Shown here: one piece after another, positions 24,076 to 38,673 of the stretch
Layout of the letters: each line of letters begins with the position of its first letter
How positions within the stretch are numbered: position 1 is the stretch's first letter
From: Octopus sinensis
Taxonomy: Eukaryota
DNA length: 64,000 bases
Direction: 5' to 3'
Assembly (NCBI RefSeq): GCF_006345805.1
Contig: NC_042997.1
Span: 64,108,001-64,172,000, forward strand
Position numbers and translations under genes: made by a program
The notes under the pieces: generated by a model
What the model saw: only the letters and a program-made list of their open reading frames with translations
Told to the model about the DNA's origin: nothing
Database searches by the model: none

Positions 24076-26721
24076 CACTCTTTCTATCTGTGTTAAACTT
24101 GATATTTTGAATTTAATATGTTGGCAATTTTTGGAGTGTTTGCTCTTTTAACTTTTCTTCAACTTTACTATGTCTGTACTAGTTGCGGAATTGACAGCTA
24201 CCGTAAAGGGGCATCCGAAAGGATACTGAAGAACCAGTTGCATACTTTTTGCTCACAGACAGCCGGTAGGTGAGTTAAGCATTCACAATGCTTTTTATGA
24301 AGTCCACCCTCCATTTCGCAGCTTTTTAGAGTGGAAACTGTGCCGCATTTATAGTCGCTAGTCTAGCACAGCGACAACTTACAGTGGCAAGAAGAATATA
24401 CTTAGTTGCAAAACACGACCAGCAAAAATGACAACAATCTCACCACAAGGTATCTAACAACAACAAGTTTTAAAAAAATCCTAGCTTCAACTACAACCAC
24501 AACCATAAAGCCAATGAAGGCAAAGTGATTGATATGAATAAACAGAACTACAATTCTGCTGCCACAATTGAGAACTACAGCTAAAGACAACTGGAAACGA
24601 TACCGTACTGTATCATAGAGAGAAAGCGAAGTCATTTTAATTGTACCCATTGAGTTATTATAAATTGCATAGATATGCACGGAAAATTATAGATGTAATA
24701 TTAAAAATTCGCTGACTGTAATAGCCGGTACATGTCAATTTTAAAACGTTTAACAACAACAATCATCACCACAACAAAAGTAGCCGCCACCAAAAACCAA
24801 AAAAGAGACACCCAGTGGTGCCCATTAGTAGTAAAAGATGAATGCATGTAGTCACAGAAAGGCCGAGATACCTGCCTAATGTCCTGCACAAGAACACTCT
24901 CTACTACCATAAATCAGATCTTTTGAAAGACGCATTGCAAGAGTTCATCGTCGAGGGAAATAAAGAAACAATAGAAGAAACAAAGGCCGCTATTTGAATG
25001 CTAGAGATGTGACGGGCAGCACATACCACCGACCAGTCAAACACCGCACCAAAAACACTCTAACAGTAATAAAACCAGCCAAAATGTCAAGTACAAAATC
25101 TAGCATCAGAACTAAAAGATTAAATCATAAAAAAAGAAGCAGCGAAAAGAACACAGATAAATGTGCAAAAACATGATAACAGCAAACACAACAATCACCT
25201 TACGCTTAACCCCTTTCTTCTATAAAGACCACAACTAAGCTTCACCTCTTTTTCTATAAAAAAAAAAGAATGTGGGTTGATGATTGCCATAAAAATACGG
25301 AGCAAATAACAACAGACGAACATCGCATTGAGAAGCTCATGCCTAGGATACCGACAAAAAGCGCCCCTGATAAAATCGGTACAAAATATCGTTATGCCAC
25401 CTTCTTTTAGCAGAGAAGTGAAGGTACAATGCCTATATCATTTGACTATGGTGAAAGGGGGTGTATGGTGAACGCAGCTGAAATTACAAACATTTTCATC
25501 TCTTGCCCAAGCCCTTGTGGTCTTTTAAAATTTTTTAAGAGGAGGGGAAGCATGGTGGTAGGCGGAGAACATCCACGTCAGTAATTTGCTGTAAGATAGG
25601 CAAGAGTCGCAAATATGATACGTACAATAGCGGCTATATTCAACGAGCGCAAATGTCTATTGGAAGAAGGCATTTACCCGTGGTAGCAATGATAATTGGA
25701 TACTCAAGTGATCCTTAATTGGCCCATGTAGTTTGTTTACTAAAATTCAGTACATGTCATCTAATATAATACATGTGAAAACGAATTTCTGTCTCATTAT
25801 TCATTAACACTACTACTATTGCTCATGCTGGAGTGAAAGTAATAGTAGGCATAGAGATGGTAGTAGATGGACGGTTGTGATGGTAACGGGGTGATAGTAA
25901 TAGAATGAGTAATGATAGAGATGGAGGCGACGGTGATGGTGGTGGTGGTGGTAGCTGAAGCACTCAGGGACAATAGTAATAGTAAGTGATGTGAAAGATC
26001 GTGGTGAAGGTGGTGGAGGAAAAGGTGGCGTAGTCAACGGTATTGATGGTGGTGTATTGCAGTTGTGGTGGTGATGTTGGTGGAACTGGTGATGGTAATG
26101 GTTGAAAACAATCAATAGAAAGAGTGAGGGAGAGAGAACGAAAGAGGTTAGACAGAAAAAATGTTCTGACCCCTTATGGGAAGACAAAAAATTTTGTTTA
26201 TCATGCAGCTTTGCAATAAGTTCCGAGTCGACAGATTATATCATTGTTTTGATGAAAATTATTCATTGCTTGAAAATCTTTGGTCAAGTTTAATAAAATT
26301 TAATATGTACTCAATGCATGAAGTGCCATTGTTGGGCCCAAGGCCTAATGAAGAGCCCTCTACAGGAGCTAGCATAAAAGCTGCCTGATATGACGGCTTT
26401 CAAAATAGTTCTTCATATTTTCTCTTTACTTTTCAGTTTTACACGCCTTGATATAAAATCCCAAAGTTTCAAACCGCCTCTTTGTAAGTTTTCTTTTTAG
26501 TCTCATCATCTTTTCTTTTGCATCCCTCTTCCTACATCCCTTCGTCTGCCATTTCCTCTTTCCCCATCGCTTCATTCTTTCTCCCCACCTTTTTTCCACC
26601 CTTTTCTCCTTTCTCTCCTCCTTCGTTTCCTGATCACTCTTCCTCCTTCTCATCAATACTACTTTCTTAACGTCGTATTTATTCGTGTATTCACATAGTG
26701 CTATTAATTAATGTATTATTT

Positions 26722-26732
26722 TACTACTACTG

Positions 26733-26785
<53 letters not shown>

Positions 26786-26941
26786 GCTACTACTACTATT
26801 ATTAATAATAATTCAAGGATTCCTACAATTCTTCTTCTTATCGTTGTTGTAATTATTATTATTATTATTATTAGTAGTAGTAGTAGTAGTATTAGTAGTA
26901 GTAGTATTAGTAGTAGTTGTTGTGGTGGTGGTGGGACTGGT

Positions 26942-26974
<33 letters not shown>

Positions 26975-26975
26975 A

Positions 26976-27006
<31 letters not shown>

Positions 27007-27016
27007 TGTTGTTGTT
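26722..27016. repeat. Compound (CTA)n ... (TAG)n/(GTT)n microsatellite
   Basis: Directly visible. Confidence 0.95.
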
Positions 27017-27559
27017 GCAGCAACAGCGTCTAAAACTGGAGATGGAATCGCTTTTAGTTGAAATGAATCTTAATAAAAGCGATACTAATCAATTGAATGA
27101 TTTAAACGGGAATTTACGTTTTTAATAAAGAGCTTATTGTCAGTTTAGATCTTTATTGAATTATATGTGTTGCTTCCATATGGCTTTCATTGATTTTATT
27201 CTATTTTCGATACGTTCATATAACTAAGTATACATTATTCTACATATACAGCTATTCACATATCTTACAATATATTTATGTTGGGATCCACCCTTCTTAT
27301 ATACAAATACTCAACCACCATTTCCGTCGACAGCCGACAATCAACGCCTGTGTCTATGCATGCATAGATATACAGGGAGAGAAAATAAATAAGATTTAGT
27401 GTCTAGTGATCTATCATGGCGAATTTAGGCAATATAGATTGCCTACATAGATCTGAAGATATAAAGTAATTTTGTTTCTCGCAAATACAACTACGATTGT
27501 GAATGACTTTGTCAATGTTATGACTTTTATCATTTGCCATTTGATAGCTGTTACTTTTA

Positions 27560-28690
27560 GCTAAGTTTAGAAGCTAATTGCAGGTAATTTTTTTTTCAAC
27601 ACTTAATTCAGAGTCACTTTAAACATGAAGTGCGAAAACGAACATTTCGCAATATTTTGCTATTTTTTTTATCTCTGTAAAGGCAAGAAAGCTGCTGAGA
27701 CTCACAAAGTGATATTTGAAGTTTATGGTGTTGATTATTTCACAGAACACACACATCAGAACTGGTGTAAAAACTTCCGTTCTGGAGATTTTTCACTCAA
27801 AGATGACCAACGTTCTGGTCGACGTACTGAAGTTGATGATGACCGAATCAAAGCCGTAACTGAATCTGATTGACATATAAACATGCGAGAGTTTGCAGAG
27901 AGGTTAAATGTTTTACAGACAAGAATTGAAAATCACTTAAAATGTCTTGGACTTGTTAAGAAGCCCGATATTTAGGTTCCACATAATTTGGAAGAGATTC
28001 ATTTAAAACAGCCAATCAATATTTGCGATATGTATCTCAAATGCAATAAAATCGACCTTGATTTGAAGAAATCATCCCTGGTGATGGAAAATAGATTGCC
28101 TACAATAAAATCAATAGAAAACGATCATGATCCAAGCGTAATAAAGCTGCACAAACCACATCGAAAGCTGAATTGCATCCAAAAAATATAATGCTCTCAA
28201 TTTGGTGGAATTACAAAGGTATTGTGCATTTTGAGCTGCTTCTAAGGAACCACTTCGTTCCCTTTAGATGTTTATTCTCAACACTTAATGAAACTGGAGG
28301 AAGCAATCAAAGAAAAACGGCCAGAATTGGAAAATCGTAATGGAATCGTGCTCCACCATGACAACGCTAGACCACACACGTCTTTGATAACTCGTGAAAA
28401 ATTATGGTTTGGAAGTGATGTCACATCCACCATATCTCTTTGACCTTGCATTTATTTCGAAGTTGGCAAAATTCTTTGCATAGTACGACTTTCAATAACG
28501 ATGATGACTAGAAAGCGCACTTGCGTCAGTATTTTGCTAAGTACCAGAAGTTCTATGAGCAAGGAATCAGGAAGTTGCGAGAAAGGTGACAAAATGTCAT
28601 CGAACAAAATGGAAAATATATAATTGATTAAAGTTCATTCTTTGTATGAAAAACAAAATGATATTTATTTCACATTATACAATTACTTGC
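27560..28690 (+). mobile_element. Decayed mariner transposon (third copy type)
   Basis: ATG at 27625 (MKCENEHF), DDQRSGRR, VPH, HHDNARPHTS. Multiple stops. Confidence 0.9.
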
Positions 28691-29425
28691 CATCGCTACA
28701 TATATATATATATATATATACACATCGATGATTCATCCACTATATGCGCATGTACAGCATTCAATATATATGATTACAGCATAAATATATAAAGGGAAAC
28801 AATTTTAGTGAAAGGACAATATACTATTCACAAAAACATTTAATTGATACTTTCACTTGAAATTCTCTACTTGATTGTCTTGGATACAGAAGAATCGCTT
28901 CCTAAATGAGGATTATAAAGCAGAATGGATGGTTTCAAGAGTTTTACACGTTTGTATTTTACTTTGAATGAAAGGTAATGAAAGTCAGGCACTTAGATTA
29001 TGAAGCTCAAGTATCACCGAACTTGAGCAATAAACTCTTTAATGCCCTAACTCGCTACGAAAAAGCCTTCGAACGACTTCCGTGAAACAATATCATATCA
29101 AATTATTTTACGCCAGAAAACTTTGAGAAATACAACACCTCTTTTATTTCTTATTTTGTTTTCTGTCTCAGACATAATTTAATGAATCACTATCAACATA
29201 TTGCACAAGTTCATCAGCTTGATGAAATACTGGTATTCAACTGTCCACCGAAGTTCCTTTAACATTTTTGTATTATATCACACAATAAGCTTTATAAAAT
29301 GCAAGATTATGTACATTCACAAATCTGTAGGTATATGGCCGTATAAACAAACGTACATACACACAACTCTATAAATGTCTATATATACACGTATATATTT
29401 ATTTATGAATACGTTTATATAAATA

Positions 29426-29504
<79 letters not shown>

Positions 29505-29518
<14 letters not shown>

Positions 29519-29796
29519 ATTGAGGTAATCAGATCAGATGGTTCATATTTGTAGATATTTATTTATATATTACATTTTTTACATATATATCATATCATTC
29601 GGATTAGCGCTTGCTCCATTCTAGTGGGTTTTCAAATTTGAAAACCCACTAGAATGGGAGCAAGCGCTAATCCGAATGATATGATATATATGTAAAAAAT
29701 GTAATATATAAATAAATATCTACAAATATGAACCATCTGATCTGATTACCTCAATTTTTCTAATATATAATACCTGTACATCATCTCCAAACCTTC

Positions 29797-29797
<1 letters not shown>
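29505..29797. repeat. Spacerless palindrome (~132-bp arms, 29505-29769) between (TA)n tracts
   Basis: Centre gggttttcaaa|tttgaaaaccc at 29636/29637. One 1-nt indel between the arms. Confidence 0.9.
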
Positions 29798-29837
<40 letters not shown>

Positions 29838-30336
29838 TATGTATAAATATATGTATGTATATATGTATGTATGTATATATGTATGTATGTATATGTGATG
29901 ATAAATGTCAAAACAAGTAACGGAATTCTAAATTCATTTATAGCAAGTCATTCGACTGGGAGTAAAGCTGCCCTAGGTGCTCAGAGTCATTTGAGTGAGA
30001 ATAACGTAAATGACTAGGGATTTTAAACTCTCACATAATCCAGGTTCAGGTTAACCAGCTCCAATGATATCGAACACGGGAAATATTTTAAGATACACAA
30101 TTACATGGTACTTCACGCGATACATCACACGGTACTTCACTTTCTACTTTCTTGGATTTTGTACAGTATATACAGTGTATAGTCATGACAGTATAAATAA
30201 GAATGGAGAATTATATATCATAATCTTGTTCATTCACATTAAACCTTAGTCTGACAGGTGTTTCTGCTTCATAGATGTATTTTTCTTTAATTTCCTCATA
30301 TATATCAAAGTGATAGGAATGTTTTTCTTATATTTG

Positions 30337-30413
<77 letters not shown>

Positions 30414-30712
30414 ATTATCAGAAGACACTGAGACAACAGAAATTTTTGGTAGTGTAAAATTTATCACACACAAATTAAGTTCTCTGAAAGTTTAATTTCT
30501 CTTATCTCAACACGTTAAGACAATTACAGCAAAACTTGTGAACTACAGAGTATCAAGTACACAAAAGGTCACGACACAGGTTTCATCGTGCAATTACGGA
30601 AAAGGCCACATAACGCGTTTCAGCGTAAAAAGAACGTGGATTATTTTTATCGTCAATATATGTGTTGTTGAAATGCAAATCTCAAGCAGCACATATATAC
30701 ATACAGGCAGAC

Positions 30713-30750
<38 letters not shown>

Positions 30751-30993
30751 ACGAAAATGCTGATGACAGACATGTGAGTCTCACGCAGTTAATTTTCCCC
30801 CATATACAAATGTTACGGGAAACGTTTTCATTTAATTTTGCAAACGTTCGATTTAGGTGTCAGATTAATTCTCATCAATGTTTTCAACATACAAGTGTTA
30901 TTGGCCTAAACGTAATTAAATGTGAAACGAGAAATGAAAATCTGTAGTACGAATGTTCTTACACCAGAGGCATTACATTAGTACGGACATATC

Positions 30994-31036
<43 letters not shown>

Positions 31037-31209
31037 TATACACACATATACAAATACATGGTCGTGCACAGACAGACACATATTTATCTATGTGTGAATA
31101 TGCATATAATTCCATAACTAAGCACTCACTCATGCATATATATGTGTGTGTGTAGTTTTATATGTACACACACACACACACACACATACACACACACATA
31201 TATATACAT

Positions 31210-31595
31210 ATGGAGGCGCAATGGCCCAGTGGTTTGGGCAGCGGACTCGCGGTCGGGGATCGCGGTTTCAATTCTCAGACCGAGAATTGTGTTTATTGAG
31301 CGAAAACACCTGAAGCTCCACGAGGCTCTGGCAGGGGGTAGGGGGGGGGCGAACATTGCTGTATTCTTTCACCACAGCATTCTCTCACTCCTTCTTTCTA
31401 TTTCTTTTGTACCTGTATATCGAAGGGCCAGCATTGTCACATTCTCTGTCACGCTGAATTTCCCCGAGAACTACTTGAATGTTTCAAGTGTCTTTGGATT
31501 TTCTCAGCCACTTGCACGTTAATTTCACGAGCAAGCCTTTGTATTCATCGCATCAACTAGAACCCTCGTCGTCGTAACCGACGGAGTCCTGTGGC
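31210..31595 (+). mobile_element. tRNA-derived SINE, family C (tggaggcgcaatggcccagtgg...)
   Basis: A box tggcccagtgg and a B-box-like ggtttcaatt. The head is shared with 41776-41960. Confidence 0.8.
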
Positions 31596-31620
31596 ATCTA
31601 TCTATCTATCTCTCTATCTC

Positions 31621-31679
<59 letters not shown>

Positions 31680-31683
<4 letters not shown>

Positions 31684-31909
31684 CTTTATTACCCACAAGG
31701 GGCTAAACACAGAGGGGTCAAACAAGGACAGACAAAGGGATTAAGTCGATTACATCGACCCCAATGCGTAACTGGTACTTAATTTATCGACCCCGAAAGG
31801 ATGAAAGGCAAAGTCGACCTCGGCGAAATTTGAACTCAGAACGTAACGGACGTCGAAATACTGCTACGCATTTCGCCCGGCGTGCTAAAGTTTCTGCCAG
31901 CTCACCGCC

Positions 31910-31910
<1 letters not shown>
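31680..31910 (-). mobile_element. SINE family A, full length
   Basis: About 88% identical (by eye) to 42204-42435. Embedded in (TATC)n. Confidence 0.9.
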
Positions 31911-31997
<87 letters not shown>

Positions 31998-31998
<1 letters not shown>

Positions 31999-32108
31999 AG
32001 TATGCAGTAGGGATATTTCAAAAATACCAGTTTAAAAAACATTACAGAAACCTCCTGGGAGAAAACTGTCAGGTGAAGGACAAACAACTTTCGGACAGTA
32101 AGTGACTT

Positions 32109-32141
<33 letters not shown>

Positions 32142-34176
32142 ACTCACTCTTTCTCTCTCACTCACTCTTTCTCTCTATCTTTCGCCTTCCTTTCGTGTGT
32201 AAAACACAACTTTCGATAGGAACGTGCTCAAAATAGGTAGTATAAATGTACGTGACTTGGAGGTCGCCTTGGAAACAAGGCTACCTCTTAAATGGCTTCA
32301 AGTAACAGAATCTGCATATCATAGCCATTCAGCGAGAATAGGCTCCACAGCCCGCGGACCCTCCAGTACATGTTCGGCGGACATTTTGACATTTACTTTT
32401 CTCCGTGTCTGCCAAAAGTAGGCAGAGGTGGCACCGCGGTGCTTACTTTGAGTCTGGACCTCAAAGTGAGAGCAACTTTTCTAGACCAGGAGGGTAGGCT
32501 GGTCGACTTGGATGTACATGGCATTAATGGGTGTGCTTTTTGGCTCATAACAGTTTATGCATCGTCCTTAACAGGTCGGCCAGATTTTATTCGACGTCTA
32601 TAGATTTTCCTGGGAACGTCTGGAACTTTACTTTCAGTGGTGGTGGTGGTGGTGGTGGTGAGAGTTGGAACGCTACTCTGGACACGCATCTAGACCTCGT
32701 GGGCAGAAATCGTAAAATGAGACGTTTCCAACTGTGTGACAGGTACTGAGTGAACCACCCGAATGTGCCAATGTGGACATGGTATAGACGCATCGAGTTG
32801 TCCAGATCCTCTTTCTGTAGAATAGTGGATAAGGATAGTGTAGGTTGTCCACAATTCAACATAGATAGCTACACAGATCCCAAATTTGTGACTTGTACAC
32901 TTGACACATAGGCAGGGTCCCGGTTACTGGAAGCTGAACGCGTCGTTCGCGACACGCCAAGCTTACAGGGACCTGATTTGCATCGATTACCGTCTGAACG
33001 TCATGCCCTATCCAGGCCCTACCATCACCAAACTGGAACACATACTCTTCTGCTTTTTGTGGAAGGGAAGCGTTTCGATGGTTAGGCGATCCATTTACTG
33101 TAAACACCCGCTAAATGGAGGGCTAGGCATGCCGTGGTTGATTATGCACAGACATGCGCTGAGACTGCTACATCTCCGGCGCTTCATGAATAGGTGCGGT
33201 CGCCATTTGAGCGACGCTCTTTCCTGCAGCTCGTCTCTTTGGCCAAACTGCAGGCGTGGATCAAACTGAGACTGACGCTAGGTGAATGGCCCCGCGAGTG
33301 CCGCCTTCCTCTCAAGCAACTCTACCGTCCGGGACCAAAGTGTGCGATTCAATTCCGCTAAGGCGTTCTGACGTTCTCGGGCAGAATCTGGGCGTCGACG
33401 AGGAACACCTAACCCGCCTGTTCAAGACAACTTTCGGGCCGGGATCTATGCACAATCACCAGAGATCCCTAGCCTGGCAGTGCTATCGAGAAGCATTAAC
33501 CTTTCGGCACGGTTCGAGACACGCCAACCATACCGGGCCTGTGGGCATATGCCGAACAGCTGCTGTCACGTGTGGGACAAGTCCATCTGTCGGCTGTGTC
33601 TATCATGAAAATTGCTCCGCTACCTTCCGCTACCCGGGAAGGCAAGGCAGTCTTCATCGTACTGGTGGCCATGGTGAAAGAATGTGTGATGGACTCGAGC
33701 GAAAGGTTTAGAGACAAACACTTACCTCTCTGGACAATCACTCATCAATTTTTCAAGTACCACTTGAAAAGGAAGGTGAGAAGACAAAGGCAAGTTTTGT
33801 CTCGTGAAAGTCTCAATAAAGGGTGGGTGGATGTAGCAAAGATGGTGCGTGCGAGTGACGAAACCACTTTGGGCATGATCCTCTAAATCGAAAAAAGAGA
33901 GAGAGAGAGAGAGGGAGCACTTAGCTTTCATGTGTTTATTCTCTCCTTGCCTGCGGTTACCGTGGCCTTTTCCGTAGGCTTTTCTTTCCCCGGATAAACC
34001 TAATCTTGCATTTTCGACTTTTAAAATTCTTCTGTGATACACGATCCCCTTTGATCGTTTTGTTTTTCACAATCCCTTTTGAACGGAATTTTCTTTTTTT
34101 TATATTTTCGAAAAGAAAAGCTCTACATTGTATTTTGTCCCTTCTGTGTTCGGCTCTGTGTGGTCAATAAAGAAAC
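31998..34176 (+). mobile_element. Internally deleted Tx1/L1-clade LINE
   Basis: APE endonuclease (LKIGSINVR; RLVDLDV...LITVYA), GPGYWKLNAS, then a jump to FLWKG...PLNGGLGMP and LAWQCYREAL. RT core missing. T-rich 3' UTR with AATAAA. Confidence 0.85.
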
Positions 34177-34250
<74 letters not shown>

Positions 34251-34660
34251 CTATCTATCTATCTGCCTGTCTGTCTGTCTGTCTATCTGCCTGTCAGTCT
34301 GTCTCTCTGTCTATCTATCTATCTGTCTGTATGTCTATCTGTCTGTCTATCTATGCATCTATGCATCTATGTATGTATGTATGTATGTATGTATGCATGT
34401 ATGTATGTATGTATCTATCTATCTATCTATCTATATATATATATCTGTCTAGCTAGCTTACTACCTACCTACCTACCTATCTATTTATCTATGTATCCAC
34501 CTTTCTACTTATTTATCTATCTATCTTTCTACCTAATTATCAATCTATCTATCTATGTATCTACCTTTCTATTTAGCTAGCTACCTACCTACTTATCTAT
34601 CCATCCATCCATCATCTATCTATCTATCTACCTACCTATCTATTTACCTATCTATCTATC
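34177..34660. repeat. Compound (TATC)n/(TGTC)n/(TATG)n/(TACC)n tetranucleotide array
   Basis: Directly visible. Confidence 0.95.
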
Positions 34661-36747
34661 TATTCTTCGACGTCTCTCTCTCTCTCTCTCTTTATATATA
34701 TATATATATATATACATATGGCTGCTAGTATTCGCATGCGTGCCCCAATACTTGTGCGTGTGTATAAGTACTTAATGTTTATGCGCAGTTACGCATGTGC
34801 GTTTTCTTGCTCATCAACATATGCATGTCACCGCATGTAGAATATATTGTTCTGATTGCATTTCACAAACACTTTTTCCACTATTGGAGAATTGAAAACT
34901 GATCAATGCTTTTGAAAACATTAGCTGTATGTTTCGTATTTTTCTTTCTACTTTTCTGTCACATGGAGATTACATCTTCACATTGAAGTTCTTTGATAGT
35001 ATCTTATCATGAGATAATATTTGAAAATTGTTTGAAACAAGCCTTCGGCTCTTCATTCTATTTTAAAAGGCATTCTTTTGTTCGTGATGCATTTCAAGAT
35101 GAATAAGCAATGGGAAGTTAATGCATGATTTGGAAAAAATACTGCGTGTAAAAATTGTGGAAGGATCAATATCGGCTTGTCGACGATTATTAAGATGATC
35201 CTAGTGGACGGTTTCAAATGATACTTGTTCAATAGCTACATAGAAATATCGTTTCGCAGTGAATTCCAACTGATGGTGAAATGATAATGCTATTCGTTCA
35301 TTGTATTATAGCAGCCTTTTGTAATATTTTGTCTTGCAGAGCACTAAAATATTAAGATATAAATAATAACATGTAAGTATTTGGTTGAAGAACGCTTTTA
35401 GATAAAAAAAAAAGTCAGATGCTGCCCGTTTGATTATGAATCAAATACTTACATTGAATTACTTTTAGCTTTGTGCGAAATGCCTAGAGATACGATATTC
35501 CAAAATATAATTATTTCATGTTCTCTCAAAAGTTTACAAATTTTTATGATGTCAATTAAAATAATAATTTAGCGGAGAGTATATGTAGCACAGAGTATAG
35601 CATATAACATCGTATGAAAATAATATATTCATAGGAACATTCTTATGGAGTTCTATAAAGAAATATGCAAAAAGAAACTCATTTCAGAATTTTCTTGAGA
35701 AATGCTATATAATCTTGTACCCAATCGTACCTATTAAATATTCCTATCGAGCTGCATGTTATCTGAATACCCAGGTTACGTTTTTTGCACTAAAGTATGA
35801 GATTGTTGAAATTCTTAGTTTTCTATTATTACACACGCCTATACTTCTCTTGCTCTACGTGTTTGAGTATCTGTGTTTACTGCAAATAAATTTACATTGT
35901 ATACTAGCTTTTAACGGATCAATAATAAATTATGAAATAAGCACCATTTACAATAGTTTAATGCTGTGTCACTCTTCTCCACAAGTAACTATTTGCGGTT
36001 AGATTGAGTGAGATTGCATATTTATTATAGTGATAGCAAAATATCAGTGACAGATTGGTTATAATCACTTGCGTCACGAGAATTGTATCTTATGGACTAG
36101 GGATGCTGCAGATCAGGTTTTATCTAAAACATGTATTTATTAGTTTGTGCCTATTTGTGAAAAGATTTTCCATAAAAGCTTCCAGCTAAATACCAGTGCA
36201 GCAAATATAATTTTAGCTTGGGTTATTTATAACATAATATTGCAATAGCATCTGAAATAGAATTTATTTGTAACTAAATAAACATTCTCCATTAGTAGAT
36301 TCTTTCAGACTCATATCTAATTCTGTGTTCCCAAGTGAAATATACATAGACTCAATCTTCAAACATATTACGTCATTATTCAATAGGACTCGTTTAATGC
36401 CTTTGATTGTCATTATATTAGATCTGTGGCTTTCATGTTTCGTGTTCTCTAAATAGCAGACAGTAAAAGTTAAATAAAAAAGATATTCTCTAGAATATCT
36501 TATCACAAACGTCTTATCAGTACTTACATTCCATTTTATAAAGGGATATCAGATTTTATAAAGACCGTTAATGTATACATTTCTTAAATGAGAGTAAGAT
36601 ATATACTTCTTATAAGATATTCATAAAAGTATTTACAATCAAACGAAACGTTTATTTACATTGCAGGCATTAATTTATACTTCAAACAATTTACCCATTC
36701 AGAAATATAAATAAAGCCGTATATATATATATATATATATAAAGCCG

Positions 36748-36807
<60 letters not shown>

Positions 36808-38544
36808 GGTTATATCTATCTTTATTCTGTATGAATTTGTGTACACACGCACAATATATTGGTAAATAGAAATGACCGTGTTATACATAAATATTATGTA
36901 GCTTTGTTCCACAATTCTTTCATTCTTGTACACACACACACACACACATGTATGTGGGGGTTCTGTTTTTAGGAAGTGAATTTTTAACTGTCATATTTCT
37001 CCTTTTTATGCCTACTACTAGATCATGCTATTGCATCGCAATCTCTGTAAATATTGGAACGGACCACTTAACGGGTTTGATATATATTCACTTCATTTAT
37101 AGATCTGCCATCTGTTTGTTGCCATATATAGCAAAGAATTATCTTACGCAAATGATATTCCATAACAATATTTCCGAACATTCCGTAACGATGCGTCGCC
37201 GTCCATACACTTCGCCGTCCCTACGCAACTGAGACGCTACGTGTAGGTGTCGGCTCTGCCGCTATAATCGAAAATGTTTTAACAAAAACAATGGGAACCT
37301 AGAATCTATGACTTTTGCAAGGAAAAATATGAATAAACACTAGTATCATTAAAACAAACTGCATCGCATATCATTTCACATAAACACGAGCAATACTCAT
37401 GTAAAGCTTTCACAGCTACGCTAAACATTAGGATCTGTTATAAGGTAAGCCAATGCTTACATTACTTAACCGGGACTTCTTTAGAAAGACTAATCCTTCA
37501 TTTCGTGCCCCCAAATTTTATGATCCCTTATCATTGTTTAATATTCTACAAGGCTCGGGAGACCTCACTCCAACATTTTCTAACATTGTCCATTGTTCTC
37601 TAGACCTGAAACAATGTTGCGACTGTTTATACAAACATCCCGGACCATTTACAGTGAAATTTCATTCAGGTAATTAAAAGAAGATAACCTCTAGCTTCAA
37701 GTTCATTTCCGTCGTTCTACTGCTACCTTCTAATCGCTGAAAAGATCATTATCAAGTATCATCCATTCAAGCACACCCGATATATTTATTGAACTTAGTT
37801 ATCCAAAGAATTTAATTCAATGATTAATATCACTACCAGCATCATTGTATTATTTCAGATATGTATTGGAGTACAAATTACTCCCACAGGAAACCTAATT
37901 AGAATCTGGATATTTCTTCTCTGAAGGTTTACTATAGCTATACGAAGAACACCAAAAACTTGGTTTCCACCACCATCTTATGAAACTCCAAATAAATACT
38001 GCAACTTTATTTTGTTAACCAACCACATTGTAAATATGCTTAGGTTATCTTATTAATAAATAACTAAAAACATGAGTTGGTTTACTGTTTCATAGTCAAG
38101 CTGACAGTGAAGTGAGGATATAGCTACTTCAATGTAACAGACTCCACCATTACAATAGAATGTACGCAATGCGTATATGCTTTTAGACTGAAGTATTATA
38201 AGTGAGAAAAAGGAGTATTACTTTCATTACATAACATGTATGATTATTAATAGAATTTTCAAAGCCATATTCTAAAGATTTTAATCCGTTTTGCATATGT
38301 AACATATATTGTTAAGTTCGTGGAACAAGTTGATCACGAAATGTCGTCGGCAAAATAATTCTATTTGAAGAAAATATATTTTCCATACACATTGTATAAA
38401 ACGCAATCTAACGTTAATAGATGGGTTAAATACCTTCATATACTTCGAATTTAACTGAAATTCTTTGCTCCAAACCAACCAGTATAGTTTTATTAAGTTA
38501 ACTCAAATTTGTGCTAGAAACTTTTCGGTTACTAAATGTGCCTA

Positions 38545-38625
<81 letters not shown>

Positions 38626-38629
38626 ATAT

Positions 38630-38673
<44 letters not shown>

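Noticed and set aside
35340-35380. Plus-strand micro-exon-like signals (ttgcag ... gtaagt)
   Set aside because: Stops in all three frames and no partner exons; likely chance.
36264-36506. 80-aa minus-strand ORF as a possible signal exon
   Set aside because: No suitable donor and no recognisable homology.
36700-36840. Repeated ataaagccgtata units with a weak inverted counterpart around (TA)n
   Set aside because: Too short and degenerate to distinguish from slippage.
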